The notes under the pieces were generated by a model. It had not been told where the DNA came from and ran no database searches. It saw nothing but the letters and a program-made list of their open reading frames with translations. From contig CAVOXA010000010.1 of the NCBI GenBank assembly GCA_963700285.1, forward strand, positions 1,632,001 to 1,696,000: a stretch of 64,000 bases of DNA, written 5' to 3'. This document shows positions 44,440-53,331 of this stretch, one piece after another (the stretch's first letter is position 1; every line of letters begins with the position of its first letter). The position numbers and the translations under genes were made by a program. This DNA comes from an uncultured Chloroflexia bacterium (GTDB taxonomy: Bacteria; Chloroflexota; Anaerolineae; JAAYZQ01).

Positions 44440-46386
44440 GTGGAGACAACACAATCCACTCCCCAGGAGCGCCCAAGCGTACTGGATCTTCTGATGGCCG
44501 CAGGGCTGGCCCTTTTTTTGGCCCTGCTGCCCTTTCACCTTGTCATCAAAAAGCTGATCCCCGGGCCCTTGGGCACCTACTGGAAGGAAATTCTGCTGGG
44601 CCTGCTGGTGCTCCTGTGGGTCGTTCGTTGCATACGCGCGCGCCGGGTTCTCTTGACCAGCACCCCCCTCGACGGCGCCGTGCTCTTTTACCTGGCCGTC
44701 TTGCTCCTGCGCTACGCACTCGATGGCTTCCAGTGGGTTGGCGCCTGGGGCCTGTACATCTCGATCCTCTATCTTCCCCTCTTCTGGCTGGTGCCAGCGG
44801 TCCTACAATCGCTCTCAGGAGAGGATCCACGACGCGGTACAGACTGGACAAAGGCATTGATGGCGCTCTTGGTGGCCATCGGTGCCGTCGTAGCTGTCGG
44901 GGGATTGGTCGAGTTCGCCCTCAATAGGCCCCTTTGGCCGTCGGAAGAGATGCTGCAGCGACAGGGGTTCTCCAGCATGTTCATTTATGGCACCCAAATC
45001 CGCCGCGTCTATTTCACCTTTGACTCTCCCACGACGCTGGCCAACACCCTGGCCATGCTGCTACCACTGGCCCTGGCGCTGGTCATGATCGCCCGCAATC
45101 CCTGGGGGGCGCTGGCGGCCTGGTTGGCCGCGGCCCTGATGGGTGTCTGCATCGTCGTGACCTTCAGTCGCGGCATTTGGGTGTCTACCGTGGTCGCCCT
45201 CGTCGTGATGGCGATCCTGAGCGGCTTTGTGCGGCGCAGGCGGCGGATCCTGTTGCTCGTGGCCGGGGTTCTGGCGGTGATCGTCCTGGCCTGGGTGCTG
45301 GTCCTGGCCGTCCGGCAAGAAGGGGATGGGTCCACACACAAAGGGGTCGTCGAACTCTCGCCAGCGGCCTATCAATCCGCGCCGATACTGGGAGTCCATC
45401 AAGATCTGCTTCTGGCGTCACCCATCCAGGGCCGGGCCGATGTCCAGACATGGACCTTGCTTGACCCCATCACCGCCCAGGACGACGCGCGCCCTGTCTT
45501 GTACCAGCATCCCCCTGAAAAGGGCAAGGACGAGGTCATCTACGCAGTGCAGGTGCCTGAAGGCAGCGCCCTGCGCCTGGCCATCGCCATGCCACCCGAG
45601 ACCTGGGCTCCGTACAAGGGGGATGGGGTCACATTTCAGATCTATGTCTCTGAACCCGATTCACCTCAGCCGGGACAACCGGTCTTTGTGCGGTACATCA
45701 ATCCCAAGGACAATCCCAGTGACCGCCGCTGGCGCAATTATCTGGTTGATCTTGCGCCATGGGTGGGGCGTACGGTGCACCTGAGCTTGAGCACCGAGTC
45801 TGGACCGGTAGACGACTGGACCTTTGACTGGGCCGGATGGGCCGATCTGCAGGTCGTAGGCGTCGATGCAGGCTACTTTGCCTCCCTACCGGCGGAGGGC
45901 GCTGTCCTTCGCCATACCCGCTCGATCACGGATTGGGTGCGCGACGAATCCAATCGCGACCGTCTGGCAGCCTGGAGCCAGGCGCTACAAGCCTGGCGTG
46001 CGGCCCCGTTGTGGGGTCAGGGACTCGGCTCAACCGGCGTGGCAGCCCTCCGTACCCAGCATGAGCGGGCCTTTGTTACCGAGAGCCAGGTCTTCAAGGC
46101 CCTGGTTGAGCTTGGTCCTCTGGGCCTGCTGGCTCTGGTCTATCTGTGGTTCCAGATCGCCCATGTCGGCTACCTGGCATATCGGGACGAGGAACGCCCC
46201 ACCGAACAGGCCCTGCTCCTTGGCATCCTGACCAGCCTGCTGGTGGTCTTTATCGAAGGCCTGGTCTATCAGAATCTGGAGGTCAAGCAGGTCAACGCCT
46301 ATTTTTGGACGCTGGTCGGAATCCTCGCCTTTCTGGCCAGGTACAGATCGGCGAAGCCCGAAACCAAGTCGGCTGGCCAGGCATGA
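44440..46386 (+). CDS. O-antigen ligase/Wzy_C-family membrane protein with a large inserted extracytoplasmic domain
   Basis: Multiple TMs; RVYFTFDSPTTLA, TFSRGIW, SNRDRLAAW...PLWGQGLG, LVELGPLG; ~190-aa soluble insert. Start GTG 44440 is inferred (ORF open from 44200). Confidence 0.85.
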   Translation: METTQSTPQERPSVLDLLMAAGLALFLALLPFHLVIKKLIPGPLGTYWKEILLGLLVLLWVVRCIRARRVLLTSTPLDGAVLFYLAVLLLRYALDGFQWVGAWGLYISILYLPLFWLVPAVLQSLSGEDPRRGTDWTKALMALLVAIGAVVAVGGLVEFALNRPLWPSEEMLQRQGFSSMFIYGTQIRRVYFTFDSPTTLANTLAMLLPLALALVMIARNPWGALAAWLAAALMGVCIVVTFSRGIWVSTVVALVVMAILSGFVRRRRRILLLVAGVLAVIVLAWVLVLAVRQEGDGSTHKGVVELSPAAYQSAPILGVHQDLLLASPIQGRADVQTWTLLDPITAQDDARPVLYQHPPEKGKDEVIYAVQVPEGSALRLAIAMPPETWAPYKGDGVTFQIYVSEPDSPQPGQPVFVRYINPKDNPSDRRWRNYLVDLAPWVGRTVHLSLSTESGPVDDWTFDWAGWADLQVVGVDAGYFASLPAEGAVLRHTRSITDWVRDESNRDRLAAWSQALQAWRAAPLWGQGLGSTGVAALRTQHERAFVTESQVFKALVELGPLGLLALVYLWFQIAHVGYLAYRDEERPTEQALLLGILTSLLVVFIEGLVYQNLEVKQVNAYFWTLVGILAFLARYRSAKPETKSAGQA

Positions 46387-46392
46387 GCTAGC

Positions 46393-47400
46393 GTGGACAC
46401 GGCATCTGCCTCGGTCATCATCGTCAACTGGAACCACGGTCACCTGATCCCCGGCTGCCTGGACGCGCTCCTGGCCCAGGACCATTCAGCGCTGGACATC
46501 CTCGTCGTCGACAATGGCTCCCAGGACGGATCGCCGGCACAGGTCGCCGCGCGGTACCCAACCGTGCGCTTGCAGACCTTTCCCCAGAACCGCGGCTTCT
46601 CCAACGCCTTCAATTGGGGGGTGAAACACTCTGACCGTGACTTTGTCCTCTCTCTGAACCCAGACACGGTTGTGCAACGTGGTTTTGTCCGGGAAATGCT
46701 ACAGGTGGCGAGGGATCACGGCCAGGATCAGGCGAGGATCGGCATGGTAGCGCCCAAGCTGCTCAGGACAAATGCCCCTACGATCCTTGATTCGACCGGC
46801 CTCTTTGTCGACCGCCGGCGCCGGCCCTACGATCGTGGTCAGGGCGAACCGGACCGAGGGCAGTACGATGCACAATCTTACGTTTTCGGCGCCTGCGGCG
46901 CGGCGGCGCTCTACCGCCGCACCATGCTGGAGGACCTTGCCCTGGATGGCGAGTACTTGGACGAGAGCTTTTTTGCCTATTATGAGGACGCCGATCTGGC
47001 GTGGCGCGCCCAATTGAGGGGTTGGCGATGTGTCTACGCACCGCGCGCCGTCGCCACCCACACCCGCGGCTGGGGCGATACCCTGCGCCAACCGGGGCAC
47101 GCGCCGAAAGGTGCGGCGGGGCCCAGACTGGCCCTTCGTAACCGCTACCTCATGACGGCCAAGAATGACGACTGGCGTCATCTTCTGGTGGACCTGCCTT
47201 TGATTCTGGCCGCCGAGTTACCACGCCTGGCCTACGCCGCCGTCACCCGGCCAGCGGTACTCCTGGGCCTGGTGGACCTGGCTCGTGCCTTGCCATCAGC
47301 CCTGGACAAGCGCCGCCAGATCCAGCGTCGCCGCACCATCGGCGATAGCGACATCCGTCACTGGTTTGTCAACCCCAGACAGACGGCCGGCGACCGCTAG
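46393..47400 (+). CDS. Glycosyltransferase family 2
   Basis: SVIIVNWN...VVDNGSQDGS...LNPD...YYEDADLAWR. Confidence 0.93.
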   Translation: MDTASASVIIVNWNHGHLIPGCLDALLAQDHSALDILVVDNGSQDGSPAQVAARYPTVRLQTFPQNRGFSNAFNWGVKHSDRDFVLSLNPDTVVQRGFVREMLQVARDHGQDQARIGMVAPKLLRTNAPTILDSTGLFVDRRRRPYDRGQGEPDRGQYDAQSYVFGACGAAALYRRTMLEDLALDGEYLDESFFAYYEDADLAWRAQLRGWRCVYAPRAVATHTRGWGDTLRQPGHAPKGAAGPRLALRNRYLMTAKNDDWRHLLVDLPLILAAELPRLAYAAVTRPAVLLGLVDLARALPSALDKRRQIQRRRTIGDSDIRHWFVNPRQTAGDR

Positions 47401-47410
47401 GGAAAAGTCG

Positions 47411-48517
47411 ATGAGTTCCAAGATCTTGCTGATCTACTATGAACCACAGCCCAGCGGCCAGACAGCCCATCTGCTTTCCCTTGTCCGTGGGTTGGACCTG
47501 GGTCGATACGAGGTCACAGTCGTTCTGCCTGTACATCTCACCGGCCCGGTCCCGGCATTTCAGCAAGCTGGCGCCCGGGTTGTGCCGCTTCCCTTGCGCA
47601 AAATCCGCTGGCCGCCACGGGCTGTAGCCACGTTTGTCCGCCTGATCCGCGAGGGAAGTCCAGACATCGTCCACGTTCATAGCCAGGAGGCCGGATTGGT
47701 CGCGCGCCCACTGGCCTGGCTGGCCGGGTCCCGTGCCATTCTCTACACTCCCCAGACCATCGACGTGCGCCGCGCCCGGTGGCACGCGCTGTACAGGACC
47801 CTGGAGCGCGCCCTGGCCTACTCTACCGACATTATCATCTCCGTCAACGAGGCCGACCGGCAGCGTCTGATCCGGTGGGGTATCCCCGGCCAGAAGGTCG
47901 TCACCATTCCCAACGGCATCGACCTGGCCGAATTCAAAGACCCCCCAGATACGGAGCAACTGCGTCAGGCGCTGGGCATGGACCGTGCATGCCCCCTGGT
48001 CCTGCAGGTGGGGCGGTTGAGCGCACAGAAGGATCCCTTGGCCTTCGTCCAAGGCGCGGTACGAGTGCTCCATACCCATCCCACCACGCAGTTTGCCCTG
48101 GTTGGTGATGGTCCACTGAGGGATGCCGTGACTTCCCGCATCAAGCATCTGGGCCTGGAGGAGCATGTGCATCTGCTGGGCTGGCGCGCCGGAGCGTCCA
48201 GGCTGATGGCCGCCGCTGACGTCGTCACCCTGACCTCCCGTTGGGAGGGCGCACCCTACGCCTTGCTGGAGGCTATGGCCTGGTCCCGCCCGGTCGTGGC
48301 CACGGCTGTCAACGGCTGTCCCGAGATCGTCATAGATGGCGTCACTGGTTTTGTCGTCCCGCCCGCCGATATGGCCTCCTGGGCCAAAGGGGTTGTTGAT
48401 CTGCTGAACGATCCTGCAGGAGCGACCAGGATGGGACAACAAGGCAGGCTGCGCGTCGAGGAGGAGTTTGATCTGCAACAGATGACTGCCCGCATCGAGG
48501 AGCATTACGTGCTATGA
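47411..48517 (+). CDS. Glycosyltransferase family 4
   Basis: IPNGID...VGRLSAQKD...SRWEGAPYALLEAMA. Confidence 0.93.
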   Translation: MSSKILLIYYEPQPSGQTAHLLSLVRGLDLGRYEVTVVLPVHLTGPVPAFQQAGARVVPLPLRKIRWPPRAVATFVRLIREGSPDIVHVHSQEAGLVARPLAWLAGSRAILYTPQTIDVRRARWHALYRTLERALAYSTDIIISVNEADRQRLIRWGIPGQKVVTIPNGIDLAEFKDPPDTEQLRQALGMDRACPLVLQVGRLSAQKDPLAFVQGAVRVLHTHPTTQFALVGDGPLRDAVTSRIKHLGLEEHVHLLGWRAGASRLMAAADVVTLTSRWEGAPYALLEAMAWSRPVVATAVNGCPEIVIDGVTGFVVPPADMASWAKGVVDLLNDPAGATRMGQQGRLRVEEEFDLQQMTARIEEHYVL

Positions 48518-48561
48518 GTTTGGTTAGAATGACACAGCGTTGGACAGTTGCGCAAGCTGAC

Positions 48562-48590
48562 TTGACTAGAGGCAGATCCCTTGGTAGAAT
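48562..48590 (+). promoter_or_regulatory. Putative sigma70 promoter
   Basis: TTGACT-N17-TAGAAT. Confidence 0.5.
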
Positions 48591-48675
48591 CTGGTATGCC
48601 TTTCAGGCGGCTTCTTCAGGGGACCGGCGGAAGAGTTGCTTCCATCCCACCAAAGCTGAGTTTTCCTAGTTGCCC

Positions 48676-49791
48676 ATGCCAATTAATAGCCGATTGTCAA
48701 TCACAGCCGTCATACCAGTGCATGATGGCGGCGAGGATTTCCTTCGCTGCCTGCAGGCCCTGGCCCAAGCAGAGCCAGCGCCTGGTGAGATCATTGTGGT
48801 GGCCGATGGCGACACCGCAGGCTCAGTTAAGACGGCTGAGACCTATGCCACAAAGGTCCTGAGCACCATCAGCCAGAGGGGACCGGCCCACGCGCGCAAC
48901 CTCGGCGCTCTGGAAGCCCGGGGTGACATTCTTCTTTTCCTGGACGCCGACGTGCTCGTGCGTCGGGAGACTATCGGCCAGGTCATAGATCTGTTCGAGC
49001 AAGATCCAGGCCTGGCGGCTGCATTCGGCTCCTATGATAGCGATCCCGGGGCAACCAACTTTTTTTCGCAGTACAAGAATCTATTCCATCACTATATACA
49101 CCAGACCGCTGACAGAGATGCATCCACTTTCTGGAGCGGCTGTGGGGCCGTCCGCCGTTCCGTTTTCCTGACCATGGGTGGTTTCGACGAGGGCTATTCC
49201 CGACCCCTCATTGAGGACATTGAGTTTGGCCATCGACTGAAGGAGGCAGGATATCCGATCCGAGTGTGCAAGAGGCTGCAGGTTAAACATCTAAAACGCT
49301 GGGGAGCCATCTCTTTGCTGAAAAGCGACTTCTTTGATCGTGCATTGCCGTGGACTGAACTGATCCTAAGTCGCAGGTGGTTCATAGATGATCTAAACCT
49401 AAAGTCGTCTAACCGGTTCAGCGTGGTATTGACCTATGTCCTTCTCATGAGCTTGCTTGTTGCCCTTTGGTGGCCGCCCGCTCTGATGGCCTCGGCAGCG
49501 GCAGGCGGTCTACTGTTGATGCTGAATCTCCCACTCTATTCCTTCTTCCTACGCGAGCGTGGTCTTTGGTTTGCCCTGAGAACAATCCCCTGCCACTGGT
49601 CATACTTTGCCTATAGCGGCCTTGCCTTCTCAGTTGGAGCAATCAGGCATCTCTTCTTTCATCGACGAAAAGGCGATAGCGGAAGCGAGACTGCGACACG
49701 CAGGCGGTACTGGTCACGAGCGTTTCAAGGATCCCCAACAGATCCAGAGCAGGGCAACGTTGACGATCTATTGTTACATAATGAACCGTGA
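48676..49791 (+). CDS. Glycosyltransferase family 2 with C-terminal TM segments
   Basis: VIPVHDG...GPAHARNLG...FLDAD...GGFDE...EDIEFG. Confidence 0.92.
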   Translation: MPINSRLSITAVIPVHDGGEDFLRCLQALAQAEPAPGEIIVVADGDTAGSVKTAETYATKVLSTISQRGPAHARNLGALEARGDILLFLDADVLVRRETIGQVIDLFEQDPGLAAAFGSYDSDPGATNFFSQYKNLFHHYIHQTADRDASTFWSGCGAVRRSVFLTMGGFDEGYSRPLIEDIEFGHRLKEAGYPIRVCKRLQVKHLKRWGAISLLKSDFFDRALPWTELILSRRWFIDDLNLKSSNRFSVVLTYVLLMSLLVALWWPPALMASAAAGGLLLMLNLPLYSFFLRERGLWFALRTIPCHWSYFAYSGLAFSVGAIRHLFFHRRKGDSGSETATRRRYWSRAFQGSPTDPEQGNVDDLLLHNEP

Positions 49792-49887
49792 AGAACCGAT
49801 GTACAGCACGGCGGCAGCAATGCAGGGCCATTGTGCGTTCGAGGACAGGGTCCCACACTCATTTCCTCAAATGAAGACACAGCCATC

Positions 49888-51297
49888 ATGAAACACCCCC
49901 TCGATCTCGTCATCATTGGCGCTGGTCCAGCAGGCTTGGCGGCGGCGTACGAGTCCGTCCAGCAGGGGATCAGTACGGTCGTTCTGGAAAAAGCCGATCA
50001 AGTTGGCGGACTGGCCCGCACAGAACTACACAAGGGCTATCGCTTCGATATCGGTGGTCACCGCTTCTTCACCAAGGTTGAGGACATCCAGAAGCTCTGG
50101 GAGGCGATGCTCGGCGAGGATTTTGTCGCGGTTTCTCGCTTATCGCGCATATACTACCAGGGTCAGTTCTTCAAATATCCTATGGAGTTCGTAGATACGC
50201 TCTCCAAGCTGGGCCTGGCTGAAAGCTCTCGGATCATGTTTAGCTACCTCAAGGCGAAGGTTAGGCCCTCTCCGCAGGAGGATACTCTCGATCAATGGGT
50301 GACGAACCGTTTCGGACAGCGATTGTACGAGATGTTCTTCCGAACCTATACCGAGAAAGTGTGGGGGGTTCCCTGCAGTCAGATCCAGGCCGACTGGGCG
50401 GCACAGCGGATTGCCGGGCTGTCGCTGAGAACGGTAGTGACCAACACCTTGCTCGGGACCAGCGGGACTCGGTCCCTAATCAACGAGTTCCATTACCCGA
50501 TCCTGGGACCGGGCATGATGTGGCAACGATTCAGGGAGGAAGTAGAAAGCCGGGGCGGTCAGGTGCGTACGGGAAGTCAGGTGATACGCGTCGAGCACGA
50601 CGCGGGACGGATCACGGCCTTGTTGACTGTGCAAGGAGGCAAGACATCTCGGATTCAGGCGAATCACTTGATCAGCAGCATGCCCCTGGCCGAACTGATA
50701 ACCTCTCTCTCCCCCACGCCTCCAGAAGAGGTAGTTCAAGCAGCACATGGTCTCCATTACCGAGATTTCGTCGTCGTGGCACTCATCGCCGAGCAGGCGA
50801 AGCAGTTCCCTGACCAATGGGTGTATATCCAAAGCCCAGATGTCCAGGTGGGGCGGGTGCAGAACTTTGGGAATTGGAGCGCTGCCATGGTACCCGATGG
50901 ACGGACAACGAGTTTGGGCATGGAGTACTTTTGTAGCGAGGGAGATGAAATCTGGCAAAAATCCGACGAGGAGCTTGTCGCGCTGGCAAAGCGGGAGTTG
51001 GTTGACCTCGGGCTGGCGCGGATGGCTGATATCAAAGATGGAGTAGTGGTCCGCCAGCCCAAGGCCTATCCGGTATATGACGAGGCGTATCGTGCCAATC
51101 TATCAACCATTCGAGGCTTTCTAGAAACGCTCGACAACCTGCAGACTATCGGCCGGAATGGGATGCATCGCTACAATAACATGGATCACTCCATGCTCAC
51201 AGGGATGTTGGCGGTGAGGAACTTGCTTGGGAAAGACCAGGACCTATGGTCAGTAAATGTGGAGCAAGTTTACCATGAGGGGATTGGAGAGCTGTAG
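49888..51297 (+). CDS. NAD(P)/FAD-dependent oxidoreductase (UDP-galactopyranose mutase/protoporphyrinogen-oxidase-like)
   Basis: IIGAGPAGLAAA...VGGLART...FDIGGHRFFTK...YTEKVWG...GRNGMHRYNNMDHSM. Confidence 0.88.
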   Translation: MKHPLDLVIIGAGPAGLAAAYESVQQGISTVVLEKADQVGGLARTELHKGYRFDIGGHRFFTKVEDIQKLWEAMLGEDFVAVSRLSRIYYQGQFFKYPMEFVDTLSKLGLAESSRIMFSYLKAKVRPSPQEDTLDQWVTNRFGQRLYEMFFRTYTEKVWGVPCSQIQADWAAQRIAGLSLRTVVTNTLLGTSGTRSLINEFHYPILGPGMMWQRFREEVESRGGQVRTGSQVIRVEHDAGRITALLTVQGGKTSRIQANHLISSMPLAELITSLSPTPPEEVVQAAHGLHYRDFVVVALIAEQAKQFPDQWVYIQSPDVQVGRVQNFGNWSAAMVPDGRTTSLGMEYFCSEGDEIWQKSDEELVALAKRELVDLGLARMADIKDGVVVRQPKAYPVYDEAYRANLSTIRGFLETLDNLQTIGRNGMHRYNNMDHSMLTGMLAVRNLLGKDQDLWSVNVEQVYHEGIGEL

Positions 51298-51370
51298 TTG
51301 AAAGCCAGGCAGCCCACGGTGTGCCGGAGTTGAACATAAGGATCGGCCAGTACCCGTCGGATGCCCTACC

Positions 51371-51399
51371 TTGACAACAGGTTCACCTTCAAGTAAAAT
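51371..51399 (+). promoter_or_regulatory. Putative sigma70 promoter
   Basis: TTGACA-N17-TAAAAT. Confidence 0.6.
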
Positions 51400-51480
51400 G
51401 CTGCACAGGCAGGATATACTGGGACAGGCCCCTCGATTACCCCACGCTGATACCCCAGGGTCAAAGAAAGGATGTTGTTT

Positions 51481-53281
51481 ATGAAGCAATCCACAAGTGA
51501 ACTGCGTCGCTGGCATCCGCAAAAGCTCCTTGCATCGCTTCTCATCGTGGCTTTCATTGTCGCGATAGTAGGCGTTCTTCCGCTAGAGCCTGCTGAGGTA
51601 GCAAGCGCCCAGGAGCTTGCTGATCCTGGGAGTGAGACGTCGCTCGCGGCGCAAGCTACCTGGAGCGATCCATGGCCTTTCCAACCAACATCATCCTCAT
51701 TTCCTGAATGGATCCCCGCCCATGCCGGACAAGGCAATCTGACGGCGACACTTGAGAGCAGTGTCACTGCAACGCGGGCTCCTGATGGACGCTGGTGGGG
51801 AGTCCAAATCTACGGCCAGAATCTTCGTGTCGAGAATATGGATAAGGTTGGTGCGGGCGTTGTCCGGGTGCCGCTGGAGTGGAAGACGATCGAGCCCGCA
51901 AATACCACACCAGCGAACTACCAATGGCCAGCAGAGTTTGAAGGGCAGCTTGCCCAACTAGCTGCCAGAAACATCAGGATCATTCTCACGCTCATGGGAA
52001 ATCCCTCGTGGGCAGCAACTTATGAGGCTGGACCCATCGACAAAACAGATGTCAGCGAGCTCGTGCAATTCATGGAGGCCGCCGTAGATCGCTACAGTGC
52101 GCCGCCGTACAACATCAAGTTTTGGGAGATCTACAACGAGCCCGACAATGCCCGCAAGTCTCGTGCCGCGCACGGCGGGTGGGGATACTTTCGGCGATCA
52201 ACCCGATAAATACGTCGAGGTTCTGGCCGCCCTCTACGAGCCGGTCAAGGATGTGGACCCGCAAGCCCAGATCGTATTCGGCGGCCTGGCCTATGACGGC
52301 TGGGACAATGGCTTTGTGGAGGATTTTCTGGATGATGTGCTGGCGCAGGGCGGTGGTGACTATTTTGACTTCATGAACTTTCACTACTTCACCTACTACA
52401 GAGAAATTGTGGGACCCAGCTACGGCATCGACATCATCGGCAAAACAGCGTACATTCGCGACAAGCTCGAGTCGTATGGCGTGGACAAACCCCACATCTG
52501 CAGTGAGACCTGCATGGGCAGCAACCCAGGGTTTGGCACGGAGGAACTCCAGGCCCGTTACGTTCCACAGGTCATGGCCCGCAGCGGGGAGGCCGGCTTG
52601 GATTTCACCGTCTGGTGGTGGCTCTATGACTACTCCAACATCGCCCAAGAGTGCGGCCTGCTGAGAGAGAATGGTAGTCTCAAGCCAGCCTACTATGCCT
52701 ACCAGACCCTCGCCAGTGAACTGGCCTCCACCGAGTACGTTGGCTCTATGCCGCCAGCAGATACGGGATCCGATGATATCGAGGCCTACGAGTTCGCCAC
52801 TGTGCAGGGTTCCGCCCCGGTGATCGTAGCCTGGACCAACGACGGTCTCCAGCACCAGATGCTGCTGGAGACCGAGCAGATTGTGATGGTGGACAAGTTC
52901 GGAGCCACCACGGAAATCTCCGATGATGATGATGGCAAGAATGACGGAAAGGTGACGGTTTCTGTCGGCCCGAGCCCGGTGTACCTGCGCTATCAACGCA
53001 TGTACCAGTTAGACATCGTCACTATTGGAATGGGTACGGTGAAACGACAGCCAAACCGGGCTGACTATCAGTTTGGCGAAGTGGTAACCTTGACTCCAGT
53101 TCCGAGCGCGGACTGGTCCTTTGGTCACTGGGGCGGCGTCGATGCAGAAGGTCTGGCTTTTAACGGCGATGGAACCTGGTCGCTGACCATGGATGCTGAC
53201 AGGGCACTGACCGCCATGTTCCTCCCACCCAAGGATCATGGCGCCTACCTGCCCGTGGTGTATCGGAACGCACGGCCTTGA
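51481..53281 (+). CDS. Secreted clan GH-A (GH5/GH39-like) glycoside hydrolase with InlB-B-like repeat and YLP tail (frameshift ~52190)
   Basis: WEIYNEPD, NFHYF, ICSETC, KPAYYAY; GDGTWSLTMDADRALTAMF; tail AYLPVVYRNARP. Confidence 0.82.
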
Positions 53282-53331
53282 CGATTCTGCGTTTATGACT
53301 GGAATCTGCGATTCTGAGGAGAATAGCTAGA

